From assembly GCA_039630085.1 (NCBI GenBank), contig JBCNVM010000002.1, positions 10,105 through 74,104 of the forward strand: 64,000 nucleotides of DNA. Direction: 5' to 3'. The position numbers were made by a program, and so were the translations under genes. Positions 25,971-34,855 of this stretch are shown one piece after another (position 1 is the stretch's first letter; every line of letters begins with the position of its first letter). The stretch is from Candidatus Caldarchaeales archaeon. Its GTDB lineage: Archaea > Thermoproteota > Nitrososphaeria_A > Caldarchaeales > Calditenuaceae. The notes under the pieces were generated by a model that was given only the letters and a program-made list of their open reading frames with translations, was not told where the DNA came from and did not search any database.

Positions 25971-26855
25971 ATGAAGGGCCAGCGCGAGATGACCTTCCTC
26001 GAGCACCTGATCGAGCTGAGGAACAGAGTCAAGGTCGTCATCGTCTCGTTCGTGGTCGCACTGGTCTTCTGGCTCGCCTTCCCCAAGGACCTGCTGGCCC
26101 TCAACCCGAACCCCGAGGGCCTCCTGACCGGTCAGTACGTCCCGGTCATCAACCTGGTCCTCGAGAGGACGCTCCAGCTCGCGGAGGGCAGGGTTAAGGT
26201 CATCGCGGGGACGCTCACCTCGCCGCTGGAGGTGTACTTCATCGCGTCGGCGCTGATGGCCCTCATCACGGTCTCCCCCGTCATCGCGTACGAGCTCTAC
26301 ATGTACGTCGACCCGGCGCTCTACCCGCACGAGAGGAGGCTCGTCTGGGGCTTCATGGCCGCCTTCGTCGGGCTCTTCGCCTTCGGTGCCACCTTCTGCT
26401 ACTTCGCCGTGATGCCGCTGGTCATCAGGTTCATGCACATCTTCGCGGAGATAGTGGGCGCGGAGTTCGTCGTGACGGCTGTCGACTACTACTTCATGGT
26501 CTTCGCGACCGTGGCCCTCATGGGTTTCCTCTTCACCATACCCGCGGTCTTCGTCCTCCTGGTCAGGCTCGGGGTCGTTAGCACCTCGATCGTGACGAAG
26601 AACAGGCTCTACGTCTACGGGCTCCTCTACATCGCGATCGCACTCATCACGCCGGACGGCTGGCTGGTCGCGAACACCGTCCTCTTCCTGCCGATGGTGG
26701 CGCTGACGGAGACCGCAGTCCTGATCGCGAGGAGGTTCGAGAGGAGGAGGGAGATGGAGGCGAGGGGGCCGCCGATGAGGGACTGCAAGTTCTGCGGGTT
26801 CAGGATGCCCGAGGACGAGGCCTTCTGCCCGAGTTGCGGCAGGGCTCAGGAGTGA
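25971..26855 (+). CDS. tatC: Sec-independent (Tat) translocase subunit TatC with C-terminal zinc-ribbon tail
   Basis: FLEHLIELRNR start typical of TatC and six TM helices. The tail CKFCGFRMPEDEAFCPSCG is a CxxC-N10-CxxC ribbon. ATG 25971 preferred over GTG 25908. Confidence 0.8.
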   Translation: MKGQREMTFLEHLIELRNRVKVVIVSFVVALVFWLAFPKDLLALNPNPEGLLTGQYVPVINLVLERTLQLAEGRVKVIAGTLTSPLEVYFIASALMALITVSPVIAYELYMYVDPALYPHERRLVWGFMAAFVGLFAFGATFCYFAVMPLVIRFMHIFAEIVGAEFVVTAVDYYFMVFATVALMGFLFTIPAVFVLLVRLGVVSTSIVTKNRLYVYGLLYIAIALITPDGWLVANTVLFLPMVALTETAVLIARRFERRREMEARGPPMRDCKFCGFRMPEDEAFCPSCGRAQE

Positions 26856-27178
26856 CGGGCCTGGGCGCGGAGCCTCTCCTTGACCTTCCGGATCGAGCCC
26901 GAGGCCGTGACGACGTCCAGCGCGACCGGCACCCCGCCGACCTCCGAGACGCTCGAGGCCGCCAGCACGACCCTCCAGACCGAGCTCAGGGAGCACCTGA
27001 GGACCAGCTCGCCCTTGGACTCGTCGGACCAGGCCAGCTTCAGGTTCGCTCTGGCGGACTCGATCTGACCGTAGAGCCTCTCGAGGGCGTTCAGGACCGC
27101 ACCGTGGACCGCAGCAGGGTCCGGCGGGTCGCCCCTCGACCTCACCTTAACCCCCAGGTACCTCCTCTTCGCCCTCAA
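26846..27178 (-). CDS. rnp2: RNase P protein component 2 (Pop5 / Rpp14 homologue)
   Basis: 110 aa; RRYLGVKV ... LNALERLYG ... LVLRCS ... pattern; sits in the conserved Pop5-Rpp30 gene pair. Confidence 0.7.
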   Translation of the reverse strand: MRAKRRYLGVKVRSRGDPPDPAAVHGAVLNALERLYGQIESARANLKLAWSDESKGELVLRCSLSSVWRVVLAASSVSEVGGVPVALDVVTASGSIRKVKERLRAQARHS

Positions 27179-27836
27179 CCGACCACACGCCCCTAGGGTC
27201 AGAGAGCCCCGAGAGCCTCCTCGCGTTCTCGATGACGATCGCCTCGGGCAGCCTCGAGACCGAGTCCAACGCCAGCTCGGGCCTGAAACCGGTCCCGGTC
27301 AATAGCGAAGCCAGCTGGACCGGCCTCCTCATCCCGAGCCAATCGGATGCCCCCGAGGTCACGACGACCCTCACCCTCCCCCTCTCGATCCACCTCGAGG
27401 ACCTGAAGAGCCACGAGGCGAAGGAGCGCGGGTCCCTCAGGAACTCCGCGAGCCTCAGCTCGACCGCGTTCCTAGCGACCTCGGCGACGTGCCCGTCGAT
27501 CGGGATCATCTGCTCCACGGGCGCCACCACTAGGTCCACCCTCGAGTCCCTCAGCGCGGCCATCAGCACCTCCCTGCTGAAGGCCCTGACCGCGACGACG
27601 TGGTGCCTCCACCTAGCCCTCCTCAGCTCGACGTAGAGCTCGTTTACGGACCTCGGCAGGACTGTGATTCTGCTGTAGACCTCGACGCCGCGGGCGACGT
27701 CCCGGAGCCCCTCGACCCGCGAACCTGTGAGCTCGACCGCGACGCCCTTGAACCCGAGGGACGCGGCGGTCCCGACGAGCGACTCGGCCTCAGTGGAGGA
27801 ACTCGCGATCAGCCCGACGTCGTAGTACCTCCTCAC
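27147..27836 (-). CDS. rnp3: RNase P protein component 3 (Rpp30 homologue, TIM-barrel)
   Basis: YYDVGL start, VVAVRAFSREVLMAAL..VDLVV and VVVTSGA match Rpp30. GTG 27836 overlaps the stop of the upstream gene (GTGA); the rest of track ORF 27147..28088 is a shadow. Confidence 0.7.
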   Translation of the reverse strand: MRRYYDVGLIASSSTEAESLVGTAASLGFKGVAVELTGSRVEGLRDVARGVEVYSRITVLPRSVNELYVELRRARWRHHVVAVRAFSREVLMAALRDSRVDLVVAPVEQMIPIDGHVAEVARNAVELRLAEFLRDPRSFASWLFRSSRWIERGRVRVVVTSGASDWLGMRRPVQLASLLTGTGFRPELALDSVSRLPEAIVIENARRLSGLSDPRGVWSVEGEEEVPGG

Positions 27837-28204
27837 GTCCTCTGCCTCCGGACCTCGACCTTGATCGCGTCCCGCTCCGAGAGGACCAGCTCGCCTAGGT
27901 AGGCCGCCTGCTTGCCGAGCCTGATGTGGACGACCTCCTGCGATCCGAGGGTCTCGGTCCTCTCGGCGACGTAGTGCTCGGGCAGGAAGGAGAGCAACCT
28001 CCCCGCCACCCGCTCCGCCTCCTCGCCCCTCAGCTCGACCTCGACGACCGAGAGGGGCTCCCCGAAGATGCCGGTCGTCCGCGTCCAACGGGCTGCGCCG
28101 CTCGCGTCGACCCCCAGCGCGTTCGATATCGCCCTCAGGACCTTCTCCTCGGACTCGGTCGCGTAGCAGATCGCCCTCGCCGTGACGGAAGTCGCCCTTC
28201 GCAC
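27833..28204 (-). CDS. UPF0201 / COG1931 RNA-binding protein (exosome-superoperon associated)
   Basis: 123 aa; ATESEEKVLRAISNAL resembles the pTEDxeKVxxAixN signature; conserved position upstream of Rpp30. Confidence 0.55.
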   Translation of the reverse strand: MRRATSVTARAICYATESEEKVLRAISNALGVDASGAARWTRTTGIFGEPLSVVEVELRGEEAERVAGRLLSFLPEHYVAERTETLGSQEVVHIRLGKQAAYLGELVLSERDAIKVEVRRQRT

Positions 28205-28205
28205 C

Positions 28206-28739
28206 TCAGTACCACCTGTCCTTCAGTCCGATCAGGTAGGCTCCGGCGTTGGTCCCGACGTGAAGGGCCGCGGTGACCGCCATCAGAAGCGCGACCGTCA
28301 GCGGGTCAGCCCAGCGTGGAGGGCCGAAGGCCGTCCAAGAGACCGCGAAGGCCGTGACGAGGAACCCGAGCTGGTCGAGGACCGGGACTGACGCTCCCCT
28401 CTCGACGCCTGCCCGCCTCTTCGCGAACGAGCCCAGCACGTCGCCGAGCATCGCGCCCACCGAGAGCAGGACCGGCTCGGACGCGTGCCTGAAAGTCCCC
28501 GGTGAGAGCAGCAGGACTGAGAGGCCGACTGCGCTCCCCGCGGCTATCCCGGTCACCAGGCCCTCGACCGTCTTCCCGTCGCCGAGCAGCCTCCTGCCGT
28601 CGAGGAACGTCCTCCCGAAGTCGAGCGGATGGGTCGAGCCCACGAGCCTGACCACCACGACCGGCGCGCCGTTGGCGACGTATGCGGGAACGACGTAGAC
28701 CAGCGCGGCCAGCAGCCTCCAGATGATCCCCTCCTCCAT
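28206..28739 (-). CDS. carS: CDP-archaeol synthase (CarS, DUF46 family)
   Basis: VPAYVANGAPV...HPLDFGRTFLDGRRLLGDGKTVEGL and LGDVLGSFAKRR motifs; 5 TM helices. Confidence 0.8.
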   Translation of the reverse strand: MEEGIIWRLLAALVYVVPAYVANGAPVVVVRLVGSTHPLDFGRTFLDGRRLLGDGKTVEGLVTGIAAGSAVGLSVLLLSPGTFRHASEPVLLSVGAMLGDVLGSFAKRRAGVERGASVPVLDQLGFLVTAFAVSWTAFGPPRWADPLTVALLMAVTAALHVGTNAGAYLIGLKDRWY

Positions 28740-28801
28740 CCGGCCTTCGATCGGGCCGACCTGCTAATGGGTTCTATGCAGGACCTCGAGGGGTGGAGGG
28801 C

Positions 28802-29266
28802 TCAGAACTCCGCCTCGCCGATGTCGCCTTCGGGTCCGTAGTCGAAGGCCTGGTCCTCCGCGAGCATGAACCCGAGGCTCTGGAGCATCAACAGGTCGAG
28901 CAGGTGAAGGCTGACCAGCATCGGGAGAAGCGCTTGGTACTGCGTCAGGAGCTCTTGCACGCCCTCCTCGTCGCCCTCCTCGGCCCTCCTCCTTATCTCC
29001 TCCGCCACCCTCTCGAGGTCCCTCCTCGCCGCCTCCGCCTCGTTCCTGCCCCTCTCGGTGAGCGAGTAGACCGTCCTCCTCCTCAGGAAGCCCTTCACCT
29101 CCTGCGACGCGACCAGCCCCGCGGCCTCGAGCGATATCAGCGCCGACTCGACCTCGGACCTCCGCAGGCCCGTCCTGTCAGCGACCTCAGCCGCCGTGAC
29201 CGGGCCCTCGAGGAGCGCCGCGAGCACCAAGCTCCTCCTCGTCGTCCAGTCCTCCTGCGCCGACAT
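28802..29266 (-). CDS. winged-helix transcriptional regulator with acidic / hydrophobic C-terminal extension
   Basis: LVLAALLEGPVTAAEVADRTGLRRSEVESALISLEAAGLV...VYSLTERG is a wHTH (ArsR/MarR/PadR-like) fold pattern. Confidence 0.6.
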   Translation of the reverse strand: MSAQEDWTTRRSLVLAALLEGPVTAAEVADRTGLRRSEVESALISLEAAGLVASQEVKGFLRRRTVYSLTERGRNEAEAARRDLERVAEEIRRRAEEGDEEGVQELLTQYQALLPMLVSLHLLDLLMLQSLGFMLAEDQAFDYGPEGDIGEAEF

Positions 29267-29306
29267 CGGGGAGACGGGTCGTTTGGATCTTATTTAATTG
29301 ACGCGG

Positions 29307-29320
29307 CGATTCACGAATCG
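29307..29320. promoter_or_regulatory. perfect 6-2-6 palindrome CGATTC-AC-GAATCG between two divergent TATA boxes (candidate operator)
   Basis: Lies between TATTTAATT (29291-29299, serving the regulator gene) and TTAAATT (29336-29342, serving fbp). Both start codons are about 25-30 nt from their boxes. Confidence 0.35.
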
Positions 29321-29364
29321 ATCTCCGGAAGACACTTAAATTCGGCTCGGGTCGGAGAGATCCG

Positions 29365-30507
29365 ATGAGGGTAACGGTCTCGGTCATCAAGGCCGACGTC
29401 GGGAGCGTCGCCGGTCACCACAAGCCCCACGCGGAGATGCTCTCCTACGCCGAGAGGAAGATGCGGGAGGCCGAGGAGACGGGGCTGATCTCCTCCGGTT
29501 ACGTGACCCACGCGGGCGACGACATCGTCCTCGTGATGACCCACACCCGGGGCGAGAACGACCCCGAGGTCCACGGTCTGGCTTGGAGGACCTTCAAGGA
29601 GATCACCGAGAAGGTCGCGAGGCCCCTGAAGCTCTACGCCGCAGGCCAGGACCTCCTGAGCGACGCCTTCAGCGGCAACGTGAGGGGACTGGGGCCCGGA
29701 GTCGCAGAGCTCGAGTTCGAGGAGAGGCCGTCGGAGCCGATCGTTGTCTTCGCCGCCGACAAGACCGAGCCCGGTGCCTGGAACGTGCCGCTCTACAGGA
29801 TCTTCGCGTCCCCAGATAACACAGCGGGCCTTGTGATCGACCCGAAGCTCCACGCGGGCTTCAAGTTCGAGGTCCTCGACCTGATAGAGTCCGAGTCGGT
29901 CGTCCTCAAGGCGCCCGAGGAGCTCTACGACCTGGTCGCGCTCCTAGGAACTCCGGGCAGGTACGCGGTCTCGAGGGTCCTCAGGGCGATCGACGACGAG
30001 CCCGCCGCTGCCGCCAGCACGACGAGGCTCAGCCTGATCGCGGGCAGGTACGTCGGGAAGGACGATCCTGTCCTAGTCGTGAGGGCGCAGGCGGGCTTCC
30101 CCGCGGTTGGCGAGATACTGAGCGCCTTCGCGATCCCGCCGGTCGTCAGCGGGTGGATGAGGGGCTCCCACAGGGGTCCCCTGATGCCGGTCTCCTTCAG
30201 GAAGGGCCACAACGTCGTGACGTTCTTCGACGGACCTCCGAGGGTGATCGCGATGGGCTGGCAGGTCTCGAACGGCAGGCTGGTCGGAGTCGAGGGCAAG
30301 GAGCCGGCCGACCTCTTCGACGACCCGTTCTTCGACTACAGCAGGAGGGTCGCGGCGGAGATGGCGATCTACCTCAGGACGATGGGCGAGTTCGAGCCGG
30401 CGAGGCTGGGCCACGAGGAGATGGAGTACACGACCCTTCCCCAGATACTGGAGAGGCTGAGGCCGAGGTTCAGGAAGGTCGAGGAGGGCGTCAGCGTCAA
30501 GCGCTGA
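29365..30507 (+). CDS. fbp: bifunctional fructose-1,6-bisphosphate aldolase/phosphatase (class V FBPase)
   Basis: MRVTVSVIKADVGSVAGHHKPH N-terminus, 380 aa, and GWMRGSHRGPLMP motif characteristic of the archaeal FBPA/P. Confidence 0.92.
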   Translation: MRVTVSVIKADVGSVAGHHKPHAEMLSYAERKMREAEETGLISSGYVTHAGDDIVLVMTHTRGENDPEVHGLAWRTFKEITEKVARPLKLYAAGQDLLSDAFSGNVRGLGPGVAELEFEERPSEPIVVFAADKTEPGAWNVPLYRIFASPDNTAGLVIDPKLHAGFKFEVLDLIESESVVLKAPEELYDLVALLGTPGRYAVSRVLRAIDDEPAAAASTTRLSLIAGRYVGKDDPVLVVRAQAGFPAVGEILSAFAIPPVVSGWMRGSHRGPLMPVSFRKGHNVVTFFDGPPRVIAMGWQVSNGRLVGVEGKEPADLFDDPFFDYSRRVAAEMAIYLRTMGEFEPARLGHEEMEYTTLPQILERLRPRFRKVEEGVSVKR

Positions 30508-30550
30508 GCGCCGGAACAGGTTTATCCGCGCCCGATCCGTCTCCTGCCCG

Positions 30551-31396
30551 ATGGAGAGGGTCCTGGACTTCCACGTTCATTTGCCTACAGCGTCGTTCAT
30601 CTCGACGCTCAGGCCATTCGTGGAGTCGATCAACGCCTACTTCAGGACCAACCTCGTCCAGAGGGACGTCGGCGAGGCGATAGAGGAGCTCAGGGGCCAA
30701 GGAGTCACCAAGGCCGTTCTCCTCCCGATCGACGCGCACAGGTTGACCGGCATTCGGGGTGACACGAACGAGTTGATGGCGAGGATCCAGGACGAGCACC
30801 GGGACTTCTTCGTCTGCTTCGCGACCGTCGACCCACATAGCCCCAAGGCCCCGGAGGACCTCGAGGACGCCCTTACGAGGCTCGGGCTCAGGGGCCTGAA
30901 GCTCCACCCGCAGCTCCAAGACCTAAGGCCGAACGACCCGAAGCTCTACCCGGTCTACGCGGTCGCGGAGAGGCACGGCGTCCCTGTCCTGGTCCACACG
31001 GGGACATCGGGGATAGGCGCGGGGATGCCGGGGGGAGGCTCGATGAGGCTCGACTACGGAAGGCCGATCCACATGGACGAGGTCGCGGCGATCTTCCCGA
31101 GGCTCAACGTGATACTGGCCCACTTCGGGTGGCCCTGGCACGAGGAGGCCCTCGCGGTCGCGCTCCACAAGAGGAACGTCTACATCGACCTCTCCGGTTG
31201 GCTCCCGAAGTACATCCCGCAGACCGTTTTGAGGTACGTCGACACTCTCCTGAGGCAGAAGGCCCTCTTCGGGAGCGACTACCCGATGCTCAGCCCCTCG
31301 AGGTGCCTCGAGCAGTTTAGGGCGAGCGGCCTCCGCCCCGAGACCCTCGAAAGAGTCCTCTACGCCAACGGAGCAGAGCTCCTCGGACTGACCTGA
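30551..31396 (+). CDS. metal-dependent TIM-barrel amidohydrolase (Amidohydro_2 family)
   Basis: VLDFHVHLPT (HxH), VLVHTG, ILAHFGWPW and FGSDYP motifs. Confidence 0.75.
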   Translation: MERVLDFHVHLPTASFISTLRPFVESINAYFRTNLVQRDVGEAIEELRGQGVTKAVLLPIDAHRLTGIRGDTNELMARIQDEHRDFFVCFATVDPHSPKAPEDLEDALTRLGLRGLKLHPQLQDLRPNDPKLYPVYAVAERHGVPVLVHTGTSGIGAGMPGGGSMRLDYGRPIHMDEVAAIFPRLNVILAHFGWPWHEEALAVALHKRNVYIDLSGWLPKYIPQTVLRYVDTLLRQKALFGSDYPMLSPSRCLEQFRASGLRPETLERVLYANGAELLGLT

Positions 31397-31412
31397 CCTA
31401 TGGCGAGCGAGG

Positions 31413-32309
31413 TCAGGAGGAGCTGGAGCCCCCGAAGTAGACGAAGAAGTCCTCGTCCTCGACCAGCAACTTCATCTCGTCGAAGTCCACCTTCTCTCCC
31501 CTCTCGAGCTTCTCGAGGGCCTCCTTCTTCTTCCTCTCCTTCGCCGTCGAGACCCTCCTCTTCCAGAGCTCCTCCCTCTCGGCCCTCAGCGTCCTCCTGA
31601 GGTCGTAGACCCTCGATGCCAGGAGTATGGTCTCGGCCTCGTACCTGTCCCACGCGTTCTTCAGCTGGAGGTACTTCTGCTTGACCTCCTCGTGCTTCGC
31701 CTTGAGCTCGTCGTACTTCGCGTTCAGGACCTTCAGCTCGTTGTTGATCGCGGAGAGCCTGCCGTTGAGGTTGTCGAGCTCGCCCCTCTTCGCGTCCAGC
31801 TCCCTCTTCTTCTGCTCGACATCGGGGTAGAGCCTGAGGAGCTCCTCGTTGATCTTGAGGGCCTTCTCGTACTCGTTCAGCATCGCCTCGAGCCTAGAGG
31901 CCTCCTCGAAGAGCCTCCTCTCCTCCTCCCTCCTGACCCTGTGGGCGGCGAGGTAGAGGTCGATCTCATCGAGCCTCCTCCTGATCCTCTCGACGTCTAT
32001 CCTCTTCATCACCCCCTTGATCTCGCCGCGCTTGCTCCTGATCTCGAAGACCATGTTCAGAAGCTCCTCCCTAAGCCTCCTGACCTCAGACCTCAGGCTC
32101 CTGACCGAGTCGATCAGCGACAGCTTCTCCGCCTTGAGGTTGGCGATCTGCTCCCTGATCCTCCTCATCTCCTCCCAGATCGAGTTCTTGACCTTGTACT
32201 GCTTGAGGGCCTCCTCCTTCACCTCGCTGACCTTCTCCTGTAGCTCCTTGAGCCTCTCGCGGACCTCGTAGAGCTGCTCCTCGGCCGCGTTGTGCTCTGC
32301 GTAGCTCAT
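31413..32309 (-). CDS. archaeal coiled-coil protein (COG1340-like)
   Basis: 298 aa, almost entirely heptad-like Glu/Lys/Arg/Leu-rich sequence; 4-nt overlap with the upstream GPN GTPase gene. Confidence 0.5.
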   Translation of the reverse strand: MSYAEHNAAEEQLYEVRERLKELQEKVSEVKEEALKQYKVKNSIWEEMRRIREQIANLKAEKLSLIDSVRSLRSEVRRLREELLNMVFEIRSKRGEIKGVMKRIDVERIRRRLDEIDLYLAAHRVRREEERRLFEEASRLEAMLNEYEKALKINEELLRLYPDVEQKKRELDAKRGELDNLNGRLSAINNELKVLNAKYDELKAKHEEVKQKYLQLKNAWDRYEAETILLASRVYDLRRTLRAEREELWKRRVSTAKERKKKEALEKLERGEKVDFDEMKLLVEDEDFFVYFGGSSSS

Positions 32310-33067
32310 CTCAGCTCATCCTCCCCTTCACCGAAGGTCCTAGTTATAGCCATATGCAGGGCCGGGAACCCGTCCATCGTCTTCGAGGAGACGATCACGT
32401 GGGGGACGAAGGCCCTGATCTCGCTGACGGCCTTCGCGACCTCCCTCGCCATCAGTAGGGTCACTCCGCCGCTCCTCCTGTCGAGGTCGACCTCGTAAGC
32501 CTCTTGGGAGCTCAGCCACCTCGAGATCCTGGCCAAGACCCTCCTCGGGACGACGTCGGACTTCGTGACCGCCATCACCATCGGCATCGCGAACCTCAAG
32601 TAGACCGAGGCTGCGAGGAACATCGAGGAGGCGAACGTCCTCGGGGTATGGGAGAGTATCGGGTCGAGGAGGTAGAGGATCACGCCCCTCTCGAGGGTGA
32701 GGGCCCTCGCCACGACCAGGCCCTCCCTCCTGAACGCGAAGATCTCCATCTGGCCCGGCGTGTCGACGATCAGGTAGTCGACGTGGAGGCCCTGGACCTC
32801 CTCGACCAGCGCCTCGACGTTCCTCGCGACCTCCCTCACGGAGTAGATGAGGGCCGAGTTCGGCCCCACGCCCCTCACCGCCATTATCTTTTCGTAGTCG
32901 ACCATCTCCCTCACGTCCACGTCGGGCTCGTAGGGGAGCGTGATCGCCGCTGGGTCCAAGTTCACGGTAGCGACGGACTGCTCGTTCTCCCTCAGCCAGT
33001 CGACCAGCGCGGACGTCAGCGTCGACTTTCCCGAAGACGCCGTGCCCACGACGAATATGGTCCTCAA
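32306..33067 (-). CDS. GPN-loop GTPase (PAB0955 / XAB1 family)
   Basis: P-loop GTASSGKST, GPN motif RGVGPNSAL, DTPGQMEIF and VTKSD. Confidence 0.85.
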   Translation of the reverse strand: MRTIFVVGTASSGKSTLTSALVDWLRENEQSVATVNLDPAAITLPYEPDVDVREMVDYEKIMAVRGVGPNSALIYSVREVARNVEALVEEVQGLHVDYLIVDTPGQMEIFAFRREGLVVARALTLERGVILYLLDPILSHTPRTFASSMFLAASVYLRFAMPMVMAVTKSDVVPRRVLARISRWLSSQEAYEVDLDRRSGGVTLLMAREVAKAVSEIRAFVPHVIVSSKTMDGFPALHMAITRTFGEGEDELR

Positions 33068-33174
33068 GAGCGCGCTGCTCTGCGTTCCGCCAAGGATTTA
33101 ACCATGAAGTCGGAGCCTGCTCGGAGTCCGCACCCGGTCAGACGTCGGTCGCCGCGGACCGGGTGGTGACTCCG

Positions 33175-33678
33175 TCACCTCCCGACCTGCAGGAGTATCC
33201 CGGCCGCGACCGTCGCGCCGGCCAGCAGCAGGGCCACGAGGTGACCCGCGCCGAGGCCCGTCAGCCCGGTGTAGAGCATGTACCCGCCGATCGCGGACGA
33301 GGCAACGACGAGGAGGAACTCGTGGAAGAAGAACCCGACTAGGAACCCGATGAAGGCCACCAGGAGGGCCAACGCGAAGCCCGAGCCGAGCGAGGACGCG
33401 ACGACGTACCCGAGGAGCGCGAGGACCAGTCCGGCGCCCACCCGAAGGAGCAAGAGGCCCACGAACCCCAGCCCCGCGAAGGCGAGGACCGTGACCACGT
33501 CGAGGAGGAACGGCGAGAGCCTCCCCGCGAGCGCCTCCCTCAGCAGAAGCGCTCCCAGCGCGCCGGCCGCGACGAAGGCCGCCAGCTTCAGGACCTTCTT
33601 TCCGAGGAACGCGAGGAGGAGCCCAAGCCCCATCAGGATCAGGTTGAGGGCGGTGCCAGGTATCGGGACCGACTCCAC
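33175..33678 (-). CDS. hypothetical membrane protein (five Gly/Leu/Ala-rich helices, DUF4203-like)
   Basis: 167 aa, hydrophobic throughout; same strand and close spacing with rps15. Confidence 0.4.
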   Translation of the reverse strand: MESVPIPGTALNLILMGLGLLLAFLGKKVLKLAAFVAAGALGALLLREALAGRLSPFLLDVVTVLAFAGLGFVGLLLLRVGAGLVLALLGYVVASSLGSGFALALLVAFIGFLVGFFFHEFLLVVASSAIGGYMLYTGLTGLGAGHLVALLLAGATVAAGILLQVGR

Positions 33679-33685
33679 CGGCCCC

Positions 33686-33871
33686 TCACCGGATCACCCT
33701 CAGGAGCCGGAGGCCGTTCAGCAGGAGCGCGACTCCGAGCGCGGCCACCAGCACCCCGATGAGCTCGACGATCAGCCTCCAGCTGACTGCGAGCCCGACG
33801 ACCAGCAGGATCAGGCCCACGACGACGTAGAGAACGCCGGTTGTCTCCCCGCCGCCGGCCAAACCGATCAC
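33686..33871 (-). CDS. hypothetical small two-helix membrane protein
   Basis: 61 aa; GTG start immediately follows the rps15 stop codon. Confidence 0.35.
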   Translation of the reverse strand: MIGLAGGGETTGVLYVVVGLILLVVGLAVSWRLIVELIGVLVAALGVALLLNGLRLLRVIR

Positions 33872-34318
33872 CTATGCGTAGGTGTAGAGCGTCCTGAACT
33901 GGAAGTCCTTCGGGAGCCTCCCGATCCTCTTGTAGTACTTCACGAGCCTGTGTATCCTCGCCTCGACGAGCTGGAGCCTGTGCCTGTTGTACCTGTCGGA
34001 CCTGTTGTTCTGGAGGTGGACGTGCATCCTCCTCGCCCTCTCGATCAGGTTCATCAGGTCCTCCGGAATCTCCTGGCCCAGTCCGCGCTCCCTGAGTATC
34101 TGCGTGACGCTCTTCCCCGTGATCGCCCTCACGAGCGGGATCCCGTGCTGGTCCCTCAGGACCGTCCCGATCATGCTGGGGGACATGCCCTGCCTCGCGT
34201 AGCTCACGACCAGCTCCTCGACCTCCTCCGGTGTGGCCGTCACCCAAGAGGGGGTGGACTTCGAGATCGGGCGCTTCGACCCGGACTTGCCGCGCTTCCT
34301 CGCGTGCATCCGCGCCAT
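33872..34318 (-). CDS. rps15: 30S ribosomal protein uS15 (S13e type)
   Basis: MARMHARKRGKSGSKRP N-terminus and DLMNLIERARRMHVHL...RLQLVEARIHRLVKYY. Start at ATG 34318, internal to track ORF. Confidence 0.9.
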   Translation of the reverse strand: MARMHARKRGKSGSKRPISKSTPSWVTATPEEVEELVVSYARQGMSPSMIGTVLRDQHGIPLVRAITGKSVTQILRERGLGQEIPEDLMNLIERARRMHVHLQNNRSDRYNRHRLQLVEARIHRLVKYYKRIGRLPKDFQFRTLYTYA

Positions 34319-34431
34319 TTCCGTCCCCTCAACGGGCGCTCGCTCTAAAGATAAACCGTGCGGGTTACCAAGCCCGCTCACGGGCAGAGGCCGTTAAAGT
34401 TCATAGAGCGACGAGTCGGTGCATCGAGCGG

Positions 34432-34851
34432 ATGATCAGGCTGAGGAAGGCCCACGTCGAGGAGATGAGGTCCCACCTCTCCTCGGTCTACCCGGAGGAG
34501 GGTTGCGGCCTTCTGGTGGGAAGGGTGGTTAACGGCGTGAGGGAGGTCGAGAGGCTGGTCCCGATGAAAAACGTCTACAACGGCTCGAGGAGGAACAGGT
34601 ACTCGATAGACCCGCTGGAGTACGTGAAGGTCGAGAGGGAGGCGGTCGAGAAGGGCGAGGTCGTCCTCGGAGTCTACCACAGCCACCCCGATTATCCCGC
34701 GGTCCCGAGCAGCTACGACCTAGAGCACGCTGTCCCTGAGTTCACTTACGTGATCGTCTCGATCTCCGGTAGGGAGGTCAAGGGGATATCCGCGTGGAGG
34801 CTCGACGATGTCCTGAGGAGGTTCGAGGTCGAGGACATGTCGATCGAGTAG
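34432..34851 (+). CDS. JAMM / MPN+ metalloprotease (Mov34 family)
   Basis: EEGCGLLVG (catalytic Glu) and GVYHSHPDYPAVPSSYD (HxHx7Sx2D). Start at ATG 34432, internal to track ORF. Confidence 0.85.
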   Translation: MIRLRKAHVEEMRSHLSSVYPEEGCGLLVGRVVNGVREVERLVPMKNVYNGSRRNRYSIDPLEYVKVEREAVEKGEVVLGVYHSHPDYPAVPSSYDLEHAVPEFTYVIVSISGREVKGISAWRLDDVLRRFEVEDMSIE

Positions 34852-34855
34852 CCTC

